This document shows, in pieces, positions 21,601 to 29,519 of a stretch of 64,000 bases of DNA. Positions within the stretch are counted from its first letter, which is position 1, and each line of letters opens with the position of its first letter. Location: assembly GCA_963664115.2 (NCBI GenBank), contig CAXWPJ010000006.1, positions 303,784 through 367,783 on the forward strand. Direction: 5' to 3'. The translations under genes and the position numbers were made by a program. Under the pieces are notes generated by a model. The model did not search any database. It saw only the letters and a program-made list of their open reading frames with translations, and had not been told where the DNA came from. The stretch is from Terriglobia bacterium. Its GTDB lineage: Bacteria > Acidobacteriota > Terriglobia > 20CM-2-55-15.

Positions 21601-22175
21601 CCGTGGAGGAGTATGAAGAGGCCGCCGAACGCTTTGAATTCCTTACCGGCCAACGGCAGGATCTGCTGGATTCGATCCGGGACACGACGCTGGCGATTGA
21701 GGAGATCGATACTGTGTGCCGGCAACAGTTCAGCGAGGCTTTCAACCTGATCAACAAAGGGTTCACCGAGGCGTTCGTCGATCTTTTCGGTGGAGGTCAT
21801 GGAGAATTGCGACTGGTCGACCAGGACGGGGATACGTCTGACGCCGGCATCGAGATCGTGGCCCAACCCCCGGGCAAGAAACTGCAGAACGTTCTTCTTC
21901 TTTCGGGCGGAGAGAAAGCTCTCACGGCCCTATCGGTTGTTATTGCTTTGTTCCGATTCAAACCCAGCCCGTTTTGCGTCCTTGATGAGGTGGACGCTCC
22001 ACTCGACGATGTCAATATCGACAGGTTTGCCAAACTGATTCGTGTGATGAGCGATGAGACACAGTTCATTGTGATCACGCACAGCAAACGCACAATGGAG
22101 ACGGCGAACCAGCTTTACGGCGTAACGATGGAAGAGCCGGGAATTTCCAAAGTCGTTTCCGTAAGATTGAATTGA
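18627..22175 (+). CDS. smc: Chromosome segregation protein SMC
   Basis: GFKSF, Walker A GPNGCGKSN, long coiled coils, LSGGE signature and VLDEVDAPLD. Confidence 0.96.
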   Translation: MLKLRRIELFGFKSFYERSEIVINDIGITAVVGPNGCGKSNISDAIAWVLGEQRARSLRGDRMEDVIFSGTDRRSALGMAEVTISLVDDAPAHSNGGPPPGPMEMTVQRRLFRSGESQYLLNGRPCLLRDIQDLFLGTGLGPNSYAIIEQGRIGQLLSARPSERRTVIEEAAGVTKFKAKRKLAESRLQAARNNLSRVNDILSEVERQRNSLKRQSGKARRYRQVRRRMRDVLGAVFSTRAELLIDGQARVDLALAGISSEGERLEAKVRELDGQVHRSREGVETEEKRLDEAREVQVATKLDLEKAHQRIERFQDQVRSLDERLRELIAEKDRVMEDLKTRQEEVAASVSRLGQADQSLVEARTNHERAQATLEATGRLGSETEATIDGLRNSRFDIVGCEAKIGNELSGKVALAQRLDGQVDRVKGEEEEALRATQECRAKLEAAQRQHSSTQAEISRLALERDRVESEFREVSSEHDLAQQAAREARSSEEGMRHRLETIRELSLDRAYGTEAVQQFFNHVRDESWAPMGIVADFVEVEPDYEAVVEDLFHSELQYVVVEDLLHAEKALAIARGATRGRLDFLVADPSPETSGEAEVISDAKPVVDLVRLDSRLQFFQNHVRNAYIVEDLSIAWRLSGSHQGKTFVARSGEVVRDRVISWGERSSHGPLSLKRELRDLDRRVEAARRESHAASKRAEELGERIERLDQSKQALTLQLQEAEKEALGLDHGQQSLAAELERTQQRLEMAQAEIRRFAAERKELEDALVRARTGLETVRAEKSAIDEQLQIQSEESGRLRSDLETQSLAVAEFRSQLAVLEERKEALSRDIAALRVQESDLEARCRQVEEQIEGTGAQKTVALASIEADQLRQEELGVRVEELQDQISGVLGGLETLRSNLHQAETGWDEARAVLDGWKDRHNQLDIEKTQIDADLKHLVSLCFSELGENIESVCLDSFETLTPEELEERDSEYQELRRKIDSIGAVNMMAVEEYEEAAERFEFLTGQRQDLLDSIRDTTLAIEEIDTVCRQQFSEAFNLINKGFTEAFVDLFGGGHGELRLVDQDGDTSDAGIEIVAQPPGKKLQNVLLLSGGEKALTALSVVIALFRFKPSPFCVLDEVDAPLDDVNIDRFAKLIRVMSDETQFIVITHSKRTMETANQLYGVTMEEPGISKVVSVRLN

Positions 22176-22256
22176 CAACGCTGGCCGGTACGTCCACCAT
22201 TTGTTTCTCAAACGGGTTGTACATTTCTGTTCCGTGGATTGAAAGGGATGATTCCG

Positions 22257-23153
22257 ATGGTTTTGATCCAGACTGACCTTTCCGGTCTCAAGTTTCACTC
22301 GCGCGGTAAAGTTCGCGATATCTACGATCTGGGAAGTGCACTTTTGTTCATCGCGACCGACCGACTGTCGGCATTCGACGTTGTTCTTCCGACTGCGATC
22401 CCGAACAAAGGCCGGGTACTGACCCAGATGTCGCTCTTCTGGTTTGATTACTTTAAAGAGGTCCTTCCAAATCACGTCATCACAGACAACGTCGATGAAT
22501 ATCCGGAGGAAGTACGGGGCTTTAAGGAACAATTAGAAGGCCGCTCGTTGCTGGTCCGGCGAGCTGATGTGTTTCCCATCGAATGCGTTGTGCGTGGCTA
22601 TCTCGCCGGCTCAGGCTGGAAAGATTACAAGCAATCGGGCGCCGTATGTGGGATCAGGCTGGGTTCGGATTTGTCTGAATCCGACAGGCTTTCTGAACCC
22701 ATCTTCACTCCAGCTACCAAGGCGGCCACCGGGCACGACGAAAATATATCGGAAGAGACGGCCGCTGATATTGTAGGGCGCGACACGATCAATCGACTCC
22801 GCGATCTCTCCATCGACGTCTACAATCGGGCTGCAGCTTATGCTGCTGAGCGGGGCATTATTATCTGCGACACGAAGTTCGAATTTGGCCTTGTGGACGG
22901 CAACATTACGATTGTGGATGAAATGCTCACGCCGGATTCGTCCCGTTTCTGGCCTGCCGCCGAATATATGCCTGGACGACCACAACTCTCTTTCGATAAA
23001 CAGTTCGTTCGGGACTACCTTGAAAGTGTCAGCTGGGACAAACAACCGCCAGCTCCTGAACTTCCTTCAGATATCGCTGAAGCGACTGGCAGCAAGTACA
23101 TCGAAGCGTTCCGACTGCTGACAGGATTGAACTTCGAACAAGACGAAATCTAG
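22257..23153 (+). CDS. purC: SAICAR synthase
   Basis: RGKVRDIY, ATDRLSAFD, ECVVRGYLAGSGW, DTKFEFG, LTPDSSRFW and SFDKQFVRD. Confidence 0.96.
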   Translation: MVLIQTDLSGLKFHSRGKVRDIYDLGSALLFIATDRLSAFDVVLPTAIPNKGRVLTQMSLFWFDYFKEVLPNHVITDNVDEYPEEVRGFKEQLEGRSLLVRRADVFPIECVVRGYLAGSGWKDYKQSGAVCGIRLGSDLSESDRLSEPIFTPATKAATGHDENISEETAADIVGRDTINRLRDLSIDVYNRAAAYAAERGIIICDTKFEFGLVDGNITIVDEMLTPDSSRFWPAAEYMPGRPQLSFDKQFVRDYLESVSWDKQPPAPELPSDIAEATGSKYIEAFRLLTGLNFEQDEI

Positions 23154-23162
23154 AACCGAACA

Positions 23163-23708
23163 ATGGATATTTCGATTCTGAATCTGACGCTCCTGGACTG
23201 GCTTGTGGTTGCGATCCTTCTCTATTCGGTCGTTATGAGCGCCATGCGGGGTTTTGTCCGCGAGGTCCTCGGTCTCGTTACGGTTGTGGTGGGAGTTGTT
23301 CTGGCCGCATGGTTCTACCGGGATATCGGAACTATTTTCTTTGGTGTTGTCAGGACGGAAGACCTTGCCTTATTCTTTGGATTCTCTCTCCTGTTCGGGG
23401 GAACACTGATCGTTGGTTTCACCCTGATTTGGCTCGTTTATAGGTTTTTTGAGTTCGCGCACATCGAATGGTTCGACCGCTTGTTGGGCGGTGCTTTCGG
23501 CCTTGTGCGCGGATGGTTGATCGGTGTCGTAATTTTTCTGGGGATGACGTCGTTCGAAATTCAGTCCGAGGTTGTAAGAAACTCAGAATTATCGCCTTAC
23601 TTTCTTTCAGGATCCCGAGTCGTAGCCGTTGTAACACCGTTCGAGTTGAAGGCTAAGTTCTTGATCGGTTATGAGGAAGTCCAACGATGGTGGCGCGAAA
23701 ACCTGTGA
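23163..23708 (+). CDS. cvpA: CvpA-family membrane protein
   Basis: RGFVREV and DRLLGGAFGLVRG, four TM segments, next to a purine gene. Confidence 0.85.
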   Translation: MDISILNLTLLDWLVVAILLYSVVMSAMRGFVREVLGLVTVVVGVVLAAWFYRDIGTIFFGVVRTEDLALFFGFSLLFGGTLIVGFTLIWLVYRFFEFAHIEWFDRLLGGAFGLVRGWLIGVVIFLGMTSFEIQSEVVRNSELSPYFLSGSRVVAVVTPFELKAKFLIGYEEVQRWWRENL

Positions 23709-23726
23709 ATCTGTAGGAACTATGTT

Positions 23727-23936
23727 GTGAAAAAGCAGTTGGAAGCCCTCGTCACCGAAATGATCGACCGCGGCATACTTTTTGGGCAGGCCCGCGACGA
23801 ATTCGAAAAGAAATTTATACAGACCGCACTGGGCAAGACGAATGGCAATCAGACCCGGGCTGCGGAGATGCTCGGTATCCACCGAAACACATTGAATCGG
23901 AAGATCAGCCTACACAAGCTCAACGGCCGAAGGTAG
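23727..23936 (+). CDS. Fis-type HTH small DNA-binding protein
   Basis: ALGKTNGNQTRAAEMLGIHRNTLNRKI. Confidence 0.85.
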   Translation: MKKQLEALVTEMIDRGILFGQARDEFEKKFIQTALGKTNGNQTRAAEMLGIHRNTLNRKISLHKLNGRR

Positions 23937-23965
23937 GCAAAGCATGCATCGGGGGAACAGTCTCA

Positions 23966-24349
23966 CTAAGACCGATCCAAGCTGGGAGATTTTCGCCGGG
24001 ACGGGCGAGGGTCTTCAGCTCCGATATATGTAACCGGCGGGGTGTGGCGCTTGAAACGCTTCCGGAGCTCGGGGCCGAGCTTCCGGAACGCCGCGACCGA
24101 CAGTGCGACACCCGTCGAGTCCAGAACCGCCGCCGTGTTTACCGCTTTACCGATAACGTCATATCGTTTACAGCCTGGTTCGCCAAAAGAACCGGCAATT
24201 GCACTGCCGAAGTGGACTTTCGCTCGGAAGCGACACTGCCATCCGCCGTTGACCAGCAATGCATCGACAGACTGCTTCAACCCCAGCAACATCTCGACAG
24301 CCCCCTCCACTGCACTCTCCGGGAAGACAGCCAAGCTCCCATCACCAAT
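23966..24349 (-). pseudogene. C-terminal fragment of a class III adenylate/guanylate cyclase domain
   Basis: IGDGSLAVF, VHFG...GSFG and YDVIGKAVNTAA. The N-terminal part with the first metal Asp is absent and there is no clear start. Confidence 0.65.
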
Positions 24350-24372
24350 ATCGCTAGAAATTAGAGAGCACT

Positions 24373-25215
24373 TTGACTAATCGAGGCATATTCCCGAGTG
24401 TATTGATTGTGTTGTTGTTGACTGCGTTCGCACCGGCCAATCTGTCTGGACAGGACCCTGAGGTAGCCCCCGCACCTGGAAGTTGCCTGAAGACGGAAGA
24501 AACGCGTCATCGTCCCAGTTTGAGAAACTTCTTAGCGGAGCTGGGAGCCAATTCTGTAGGCCTTTTTTCACGCGATAACCTTTTCCCGACGGTCGTAGGG
24601 GCGATTGCCATTTCAGGCACGCATTCGCTTGACGGACGAGTCCGTGACTATTTCGCGAGCGATGATCGATTCGGAAACTTCGAAGGGACTTTCGGCGACC
24701 AGTTGGGTCGGGCCGGCGTGGTGTTCGGCGTGGTTGGAGGGCTTTGGACGGTGAGCCATTTTTATGGGAACGATAAGTTTCGACGCTTCAGCCACGATCT
24801 GGCTCAAGCGTCGGCGCTCACCGGATTGATCACTTTTGGTTTCAAACACACTGTGGGCCGAACACGGCCCAGTGGCAGTAACACCCAGTCTCTCCCATCC
24901 GGACACAGTTCGGCGGCTTTCACGGCTGCAACGATCGTGGATCACCATTACGGAAGAACGGCTTCGTTCGCGGCATATGCCACGGCCAGCTTTGTAGCTG
25001 TGTCCCGATTGGATGCCAACAAACACTTCTTGAGCGACGTAGTCGCTGGGGCGGCCTTGGGCTATGTCGTTGGGAGAACAGTCGCCCGCCGGCAGGCTCA
25101 GAGTCGGCGCATCACGTGGAATCCGATTGTGTCACCCAGTACCAGAAATGTGGGCATCGCGTTGTCGTGGCAGTTTGGAAATCAGGGCAAAGATCCTCTG
25201 TTGAAAGTGCGGTAG
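24373..25215 (+). CDS. PAP2-family phosphatase
   Basis: KHTVGRTRP, PSGH and SRLDANKHFLSDV. Confidence 0.88.
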   Translation: MTNRGIFPSVLIVLLLTAFAPANLSGQDPEVAPAPGSCLKTEETRHRPSLRNFLAELGANSVGLFSRDNLFPTVVGAIAISGTHSLDGRVRDYFASDDRFGNFEGTFGDQLGRAGVVFGVVGGLWTVSHFYGNDKFRRFSHDLAQASALTGLITFGFKHTVGRTRPSGSNTQSLPSGHSSAAFTAATIVDHHYGRTASFAAYATASFVAVSRLDANKHFLSDVVAGAALGYVVGRTVARRQAQSRRITWNPIVSPSTRNVGIALSWQFGNQGKDPLLKVR

Positions 25216-25257
25216 GGTGGGTCTCTGGAGTTTGCTATTTAGTAGAGCCGTTCCTGA

Positions 25258-26628
25258 ATGGAATTCGCACTTCCAGTTATAGCTGCGTTTCTGATCGGCA
25301 TGACCGGTATCGGGTTGTGGCACGCCCGGAGGGTCCGTTCGGCTGAAGATTTCGCTCTGGGCGGGCGTCGGATTGAGGCGCCCGTTCTGGCGGGGACACT
25401 CATCGCAACCTGGATTGGAACCGGGTCACTTTTCGGTAACACTGAATTTACTTATCAGAATGGAGTGGCGGGTTTCTTCCTTCCGCTCTCCGGTATTCTG
25501 GGTATGCTGGTGCTGGCCTACCTTGCGCCGCGCGTCCGTGAAATTCCCGCATCGACCGTGCCTCAAATCCTCGGGCTGCGTTTCGGCCGCCCGACTCAGG
25601 TCTTGGGTGCGGTGGCTCTGATTCTCGCCTACCTTGTGATCGTTTCCTATCAATATCGGGCCGGGGCTGCAGTGGCCGAACGAATATTCCCGGGGCTCGA
25701 TCAGACCGCGTTGCGAATCGCGTTTGCGGCCTTCGTAATCCTCTACACGGCGCTCGCGGGTCTGACCAGCGTGGCGCTGACCGACGTTGTCAACGGTATC
25801 GTGTTGAGCGCAGGCCTGCTAGTCGGGCTTGGACTGGCCTGGAACGGGTGGAATCCCCAACTGCAGCCCTTCGATGCGGCTATGTTACGGCCGTCGGCTG
25901 GTATCGGGGCGATCGGCTGGATCAGTTTGCTGCTGCCGCCTTTCCTTTTGATACTGGGAGACGCCAACATGTATCAACGCTTCATGGCGGCCAACTCTCC
26001 TGCTGGGGCTCGGCGTGCGGCCTTCGGAGCATTTGCCGGCTTGCTCGTCCTGGAAAGCACGATCATCGGCGTTGCGCTCTTTGCCCGTGTCATGCTGCCC
26101 ACCCCTCTGTCGAACCCGGGAGATGCAATCATCGAGATGGCGTTCACGGTATTTCCACCCCTGGTGGGTCTCCTCCTGGCGGCCACCGCCATTGCAGTGA
26201 TCATCTCTACGGCCGACTCCTACCTTCTGGCATGTTCGACGAGCGCCGCGATGGACCTGGCCGGGAAAACCGCCTCACCCGCTCCCCAGCGCGTGCTGGT
26301 GGTTGTCTTTGGCGTGTTCGCCCTGCTTCCGGCGTTCTTGTGGGAGGAGTTCCTGAGCGTGGCCCTCTACGCCTACACCCTCTACGGTGCGAGCCTCACA
26401 CCAGCCGTGCTGGCCGCTCTCCTGCGCCCGGCGACATCCTCACGCGCCGTTCTGGGCGGCATGATCGCTGGATTGGGTACAGCACTGGTCTGGAAACTGC
26501 TGCTCGACACGGGCGTGTTCACAGGCACCCTCGCCGGCGTCGATCCGGTACTTCCCGCACTGGGAGCCAATGTCGGGGTGTTGTTTGTGCTGGAGACGAT
26601 ATCCCGGAAAACAACCGTCAATCCCTGA
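25258..26628 (+). CDS. Sodium:solute symporter family protein
   Basis: DFALGGR, ATWIGTG, YTALAGLTSVALTD, YQRFMAA and ISTADS; many TM segments. Confidence 0.9.
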   Translation: MEFALPVIAAFLIGMTGIGLWHARRVRSAEDFALGGRRIEAPVLAGTLIATWIGTGSLFGNTEFTYQNGVAGFFLPLSGILGMLVLAYLAPRVREIPASTVPQILGLRFGRPTQVLGAVALILAYLVIVSYQYRAGAAVAERIFPGLDQTALRIAFAAFVILYTALAGLTSVALTDVVNGIVLSAGLLVGLGLAWNGWNPQLQPFDAAMLRPSAGIGAIGWISLLLPPFLLILGDANMYQRFMAANSPAGARRAAFGAFAGLLVLESTIIGVALFARVMLPTPLSNPGDAIIEMAFTVFPPLVGLLLAATAIAVIISTADSYLLACSTSAAMDLAGKTASPAPQRVLVVVFGVFALLPAFLWEEFLSVALYAYTLYGASLTPAVLAALLRPATSSRAVLGGMIAGLGTALVWKLLLDTGVFTGTLAGVDPVLPALGANVGVLFVLETISRKTTVNP

Positions 26629-26643
26629 CAAACGGTTCGACAT

Positions 26644-27798
26644 TTAACCGTTTCCTTCCTCCGCAGTCTCTGCGCCCTTTGCGACTCTGCGTTTGGCTTT
26701 TTCTTTCGCCTTCTGAAGGTTCCCCGCAATTTCGGCGGCCGTTTCAGCTGGATCACCCAGAGGAACAAGCTGGACGCTTTCTAAGCGACGATGGAGAAAG
26801 CTCGAGACGAGACAGAACTCTTCATAGTGACGCTCAGGTGAGACTGCTCTGGGCTTGACCGATCGATGAGCTCGCGTCATCAGGGTGAGTGTTTCTTCGA
26901 TGTCGACCACTTTGTGCTCTTCGAAGGTGACGATATGCCCTTCAAGAATGAGGGCGATCTTTTTTGTGCGTATCGATCCGGATTCCATGATCGCAACAAA
27001 ATCAAAACTCCAGATGTCCCGGTAGGGCTCCCGGTACTCCTTTCGCGCCCGCTTGATGCGGTCTAGTTTGCGCCGCAAGCGTTCCGCTTCTTCGAAGCGC
27101 GTTTCTTCCGCGAGCTCCTCGATTCGACCTAGCATGCGGGAGAGGGTGTCGGTTTCCCCTCCTTGTACGAATCGAATGGCATCATCGATATCTTCCAGAT
27201 AAGCCCTGCGTCCGATATCCGCATTACAGGGCTTGGAGCAAGTGCGCATCTGGAAGTAGAGGCAGTCCGGGTAGGGGTCATTGCCGCGTATGTTGTAGTG
27301 GCAGGGCCGGATCCTGAACGTGCGTTCCACGACCGCCTTGAATCGTTCCAAGTCTTTTCTCCGCTGGAACGGACCAAAATAGGCGACGCCACGCTTGATC
27401 TGGCGCGCGGCATAAAGTCTCGGGAAACGCTGCCGGCGGTTGATCTTGAGCAGGTAGTAACGTGGAAGCGTCCCCATCGTGCGGTAGGTGTCTGGAAACC
27501 AACGCCGTCGTTCGGAGTGGAGGAGGTACAGGGTCTCCAACGGAGAGTCGGTCCGGCAGAACTCAACCCTTTCGGTGATATCCCGAAGATCCAGTGCCCG
27601 TGCTTCGCGAGCCTCCGAATAGAACCGGCCAATCCGATGGGCCAGGTTGTGGGTCTTTTCAAGTAGGATGAGCTTGCCCTGAACGTCGAAGATTCGGAAC
27701 ACTCCGGAGCGCCGGGGAACCGATGGCAGTGCCTCACCCTGGCTCCGCACTTCTTCTTGAGGGATGGTCTGGAACTCAAATGTGATGGGTCCGGCCAT
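26644..27798 (-). CDS. UvrC/Cho-like protein (degenerate GIY-YIG, Cys cluster, UVR domain)
   Basis: SGVFRIFD, YFGPF, RPC...CLYFQMRTCSKPC and RFEEAERLR. Start placed at ATG 27798. Confidence 0.75.
   Translation of the reverse strand: MAGPITFEFQTIPQEEVRSQGEALPSVPRRSGVFRIFDVQGKLILLEKTHNLAHRIGRFYSEAREARALDLRDITERVEFCRTDSPLETLYLLHSERRRWFPDTYRTMGTLPRYYLLKINRRQRFPRLYAARQIKRGVAYFGPFQRRKDLERFKAVVERTFRIRPCHYNIRGNDPYPDCLYFQMRTCSKPCNADIGRRAYLEDIDDAIRFVQGGETDTLSRMLGRIEELAEETRFEEAERLRRKLDRIKRARKEYREPYRDIWSFDFVAIMESGSIRTKKIALILEGHIVTFEEHKVVDIEETLTLMTRAHRSVKPRAVSPERHYEEFCLVSSFLHRRLESVQLVPLGDPAETAAEIAGNLQKAKEKAKRRVAKGAETAEEGNG
26658..26693. repeat. Half copy of the CGCAGAG-type repeat inside the 3' end of the UvrC-like gene
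   Basis: CCTCCGCAGTCTCTGCGCCCTTTGCGACTCTGCGTT matches the right arm of copies 1 and 2. Confidence 0.6.
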
Positions 27799-27948
27799 TG
27801 GGCTGATTATAACGGCCTGCTGAGGCTTGGAAGGGGACAGAAAGGGAGAGCCGTGGTTAAAGGGAATACCGATAGAAGATCGCGCTCGGTCGTTCATTCC
27901 CTCGACCATTTCTGTCGCGTCAGGCGCGTGGACCGAACGACCGGCGTC

Positions 27949-27974
27949 CCCCGTCGTCATCAATGACGACGGGG
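27949..27974. repeat. Perfect 12-bp inverted repeat
   Basis: CCCCGTCGTCAT-CA-ATGACGACGGGG. Confidence 0.7.
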
Positions 27975-28151
27975 TCATTTGGGGAAAACCGGAACCATGG
28001 TGAATGCCCTGAAGAACCCGCGGCGTTCTTCGCTCCGGGTGGACGGCTTTCAGAAAAAAGAGGCGGTAGCTGAGGTCTCAGCGTAAGAAAACGATCAAAG
28101 CGAGCACAAGAATCGCTTGACCGACTCTAACGACGGCCTGCCAGGCAGTGG

Positions 28152-29066
28152 CTAATCGCCGTTGAACGCGTCCCAGTGGAACTTTAACGACGCCGCCGTA
28201 TGCTCTCGTGCGTAGTCCCACCCGTGACGTCCGGGGTAGAGATAGAATTCGTGGTCAATGCTTCGAGAATCGAGAATATCGTGAAGCTGCTCGGCCCCGG
28301 TGAAAAATCCGTACTGGTCTTCGGTGCCGCAGTCGAAGTAAATCTTCATGCCGTCGAGGGCAACTTCGCGGGCTATGCCCAGCGGGTTATTCGCGTTCCA
28401 GGACGCCATGCTCTCCGATACGCCGAATATTTCGTCAAAGAGGGCGAGATATAGCTGCCGTAGGTCCGGGCGGATCATCGTGCTTTCCAGGTCATCCAGC
28501 AGCATCGCGCTGTGCGCGCTGACCGAGCCAAACAGACCGGGATTCTTCATCGCAAGTTTCAATGCACCATAGCCACCCATGGACACGCCGCTGATCGCGC
28601 GTCCTGCTCGCGTTCCAAGTGCCCGGTGATCGGCTTCGATCATCGGCATGAACTCTTCGGTGACCATGTCTTCCCATCGTTCGCCCGACACGGAGTTGGT
28701 GTAGAAGCTGTTTTCCCCGAAAGGTATGGCGACTATGAACTCTCCGATCTCACCATCTGCGATCATCTGGTCGAGCATCAAGTCGGTGCGCCCGCGGGTG
28801 CTCCATCGTTTTTCGTTCTCGTTTGCTCCGTGGAGGAAGAACACGACGGGATAGTCCTGGTCGTTTTCTTCGTAGGAAGGAGGTAAATAGAGTCCGTAGG
28901 GTATTTCTCGGGCGAGGATCTCACTCGAAAATGTCTTGTACTGGACCCGGGATTCCTCGGGGCTGATGTCCCGATCCGAGTTCTGGCGGAAAGCCGGACG
29001 TTGGCCGCCGAGGGCGGGAAGACACAGGAGAACAACGGCCAAGTTAACGAGATGGCGTTTACGCAC
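28152..29066 (-). CDS. Secreted alpha/beta-hydrolase esterase
   Basis: YLPPSY, YPVVFFLHG, GVSMGG nucleophile elbow, DCGTED and GRHGW; signal peptide from GTG 29066. Confidence 0.88.
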   Translation of the reverse strand: MRKRHLVNLAVVLLCLPALGGQRPAFRQNSDRDISPEESRVQYKTFSSEILAREIPYGLYLPPSYEENDQDYPVVFFLHGANENEKRWSTRGRTDLMLDQMIADGEIGEFIVAIPFGENSFYTNSVSGERWEDMVTEEFMPMIEADHRALGTRAGRAISGVSMGGYGALKLAMKNPGLFGSVSAHSAMLLDDLESTMIRPDLRQLYLALFDEIFGVSESMASWNANNPLGIAREVALDGMKIYFDCGTEDQYGFFTGAEQLHDILDSRSIDHEFYLYPGRHGWDYAREHTAASLKFHWDAFNGD

Positions 29067-29073
29067 GGGCTTA

Positions 29074-29454
29074 TTACTCTTTCTGTGCTGAGGCTTCCTC
29101 TCCGGTTTCAGATTCTGGCTCAACACTATCGTCGAAATGGCGGATGAGAAGTGCTTCAGAAGCCTTGTCGGTCAAATCCACAATCGCGGCTGCGTTGACG
29201 CCCATCGTGATGGCAATCGTCTCGCTCAGTTCTTCGCGGGTTGCCCCGCATTTGAGCGCCTTCTTGATATGTCCTTCGAGACAACCTTCGCAATGGGTTG
29301 CGAGAGATGCGGCGATCGCAATCAGTTCCTTGGTCTTGCGATCCAACACCGAACTCTTGTAGGTGTCCTGGTAGAAGCGGAAATAGATTTTCCGCATTCT
29401 GGGCTCGACCATGGTATAGGATGGCCATTTTTCTTTGTCAGTATCACTGCCCAT
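29074..29454 (-). CDS. Carboxymuconolactone decarboxylase / AhpD-like protein
   Basis: LDRKTKELIAIA...CEGCLEGH...GATREEL. Confidence 0.85.
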   Translation of the reverse strand: MGSDTDKEKWPSYTMVEPRMRKIYFRFYQDTYKSSVLDRKTKELIAIAASLATHCEGCLEGHIKKALKCGATREELSETIAITMGVNAAAIVDLTDKASEALLIRHFDDSVEPESETGEEASAQKE

Positions 29455-29519
29455 AAAGGCCTTGCTCCATCAGTATTTCCGTTCTCTATAAAAACAATAC
29501 GTGCAAAAGAGAATACGGG

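Noticed and set aside
25848-26858. 336-aa alternative-frame ORF in the symporter
   Set aside because: Arg/Gly/Pro-rich off-frame translation with no family features.
29074-29454. Selenocysteine in the AhpD-like CxxC
   Set aside because: Both codons are Cys (TGC and TGT); no in-frame TGA.
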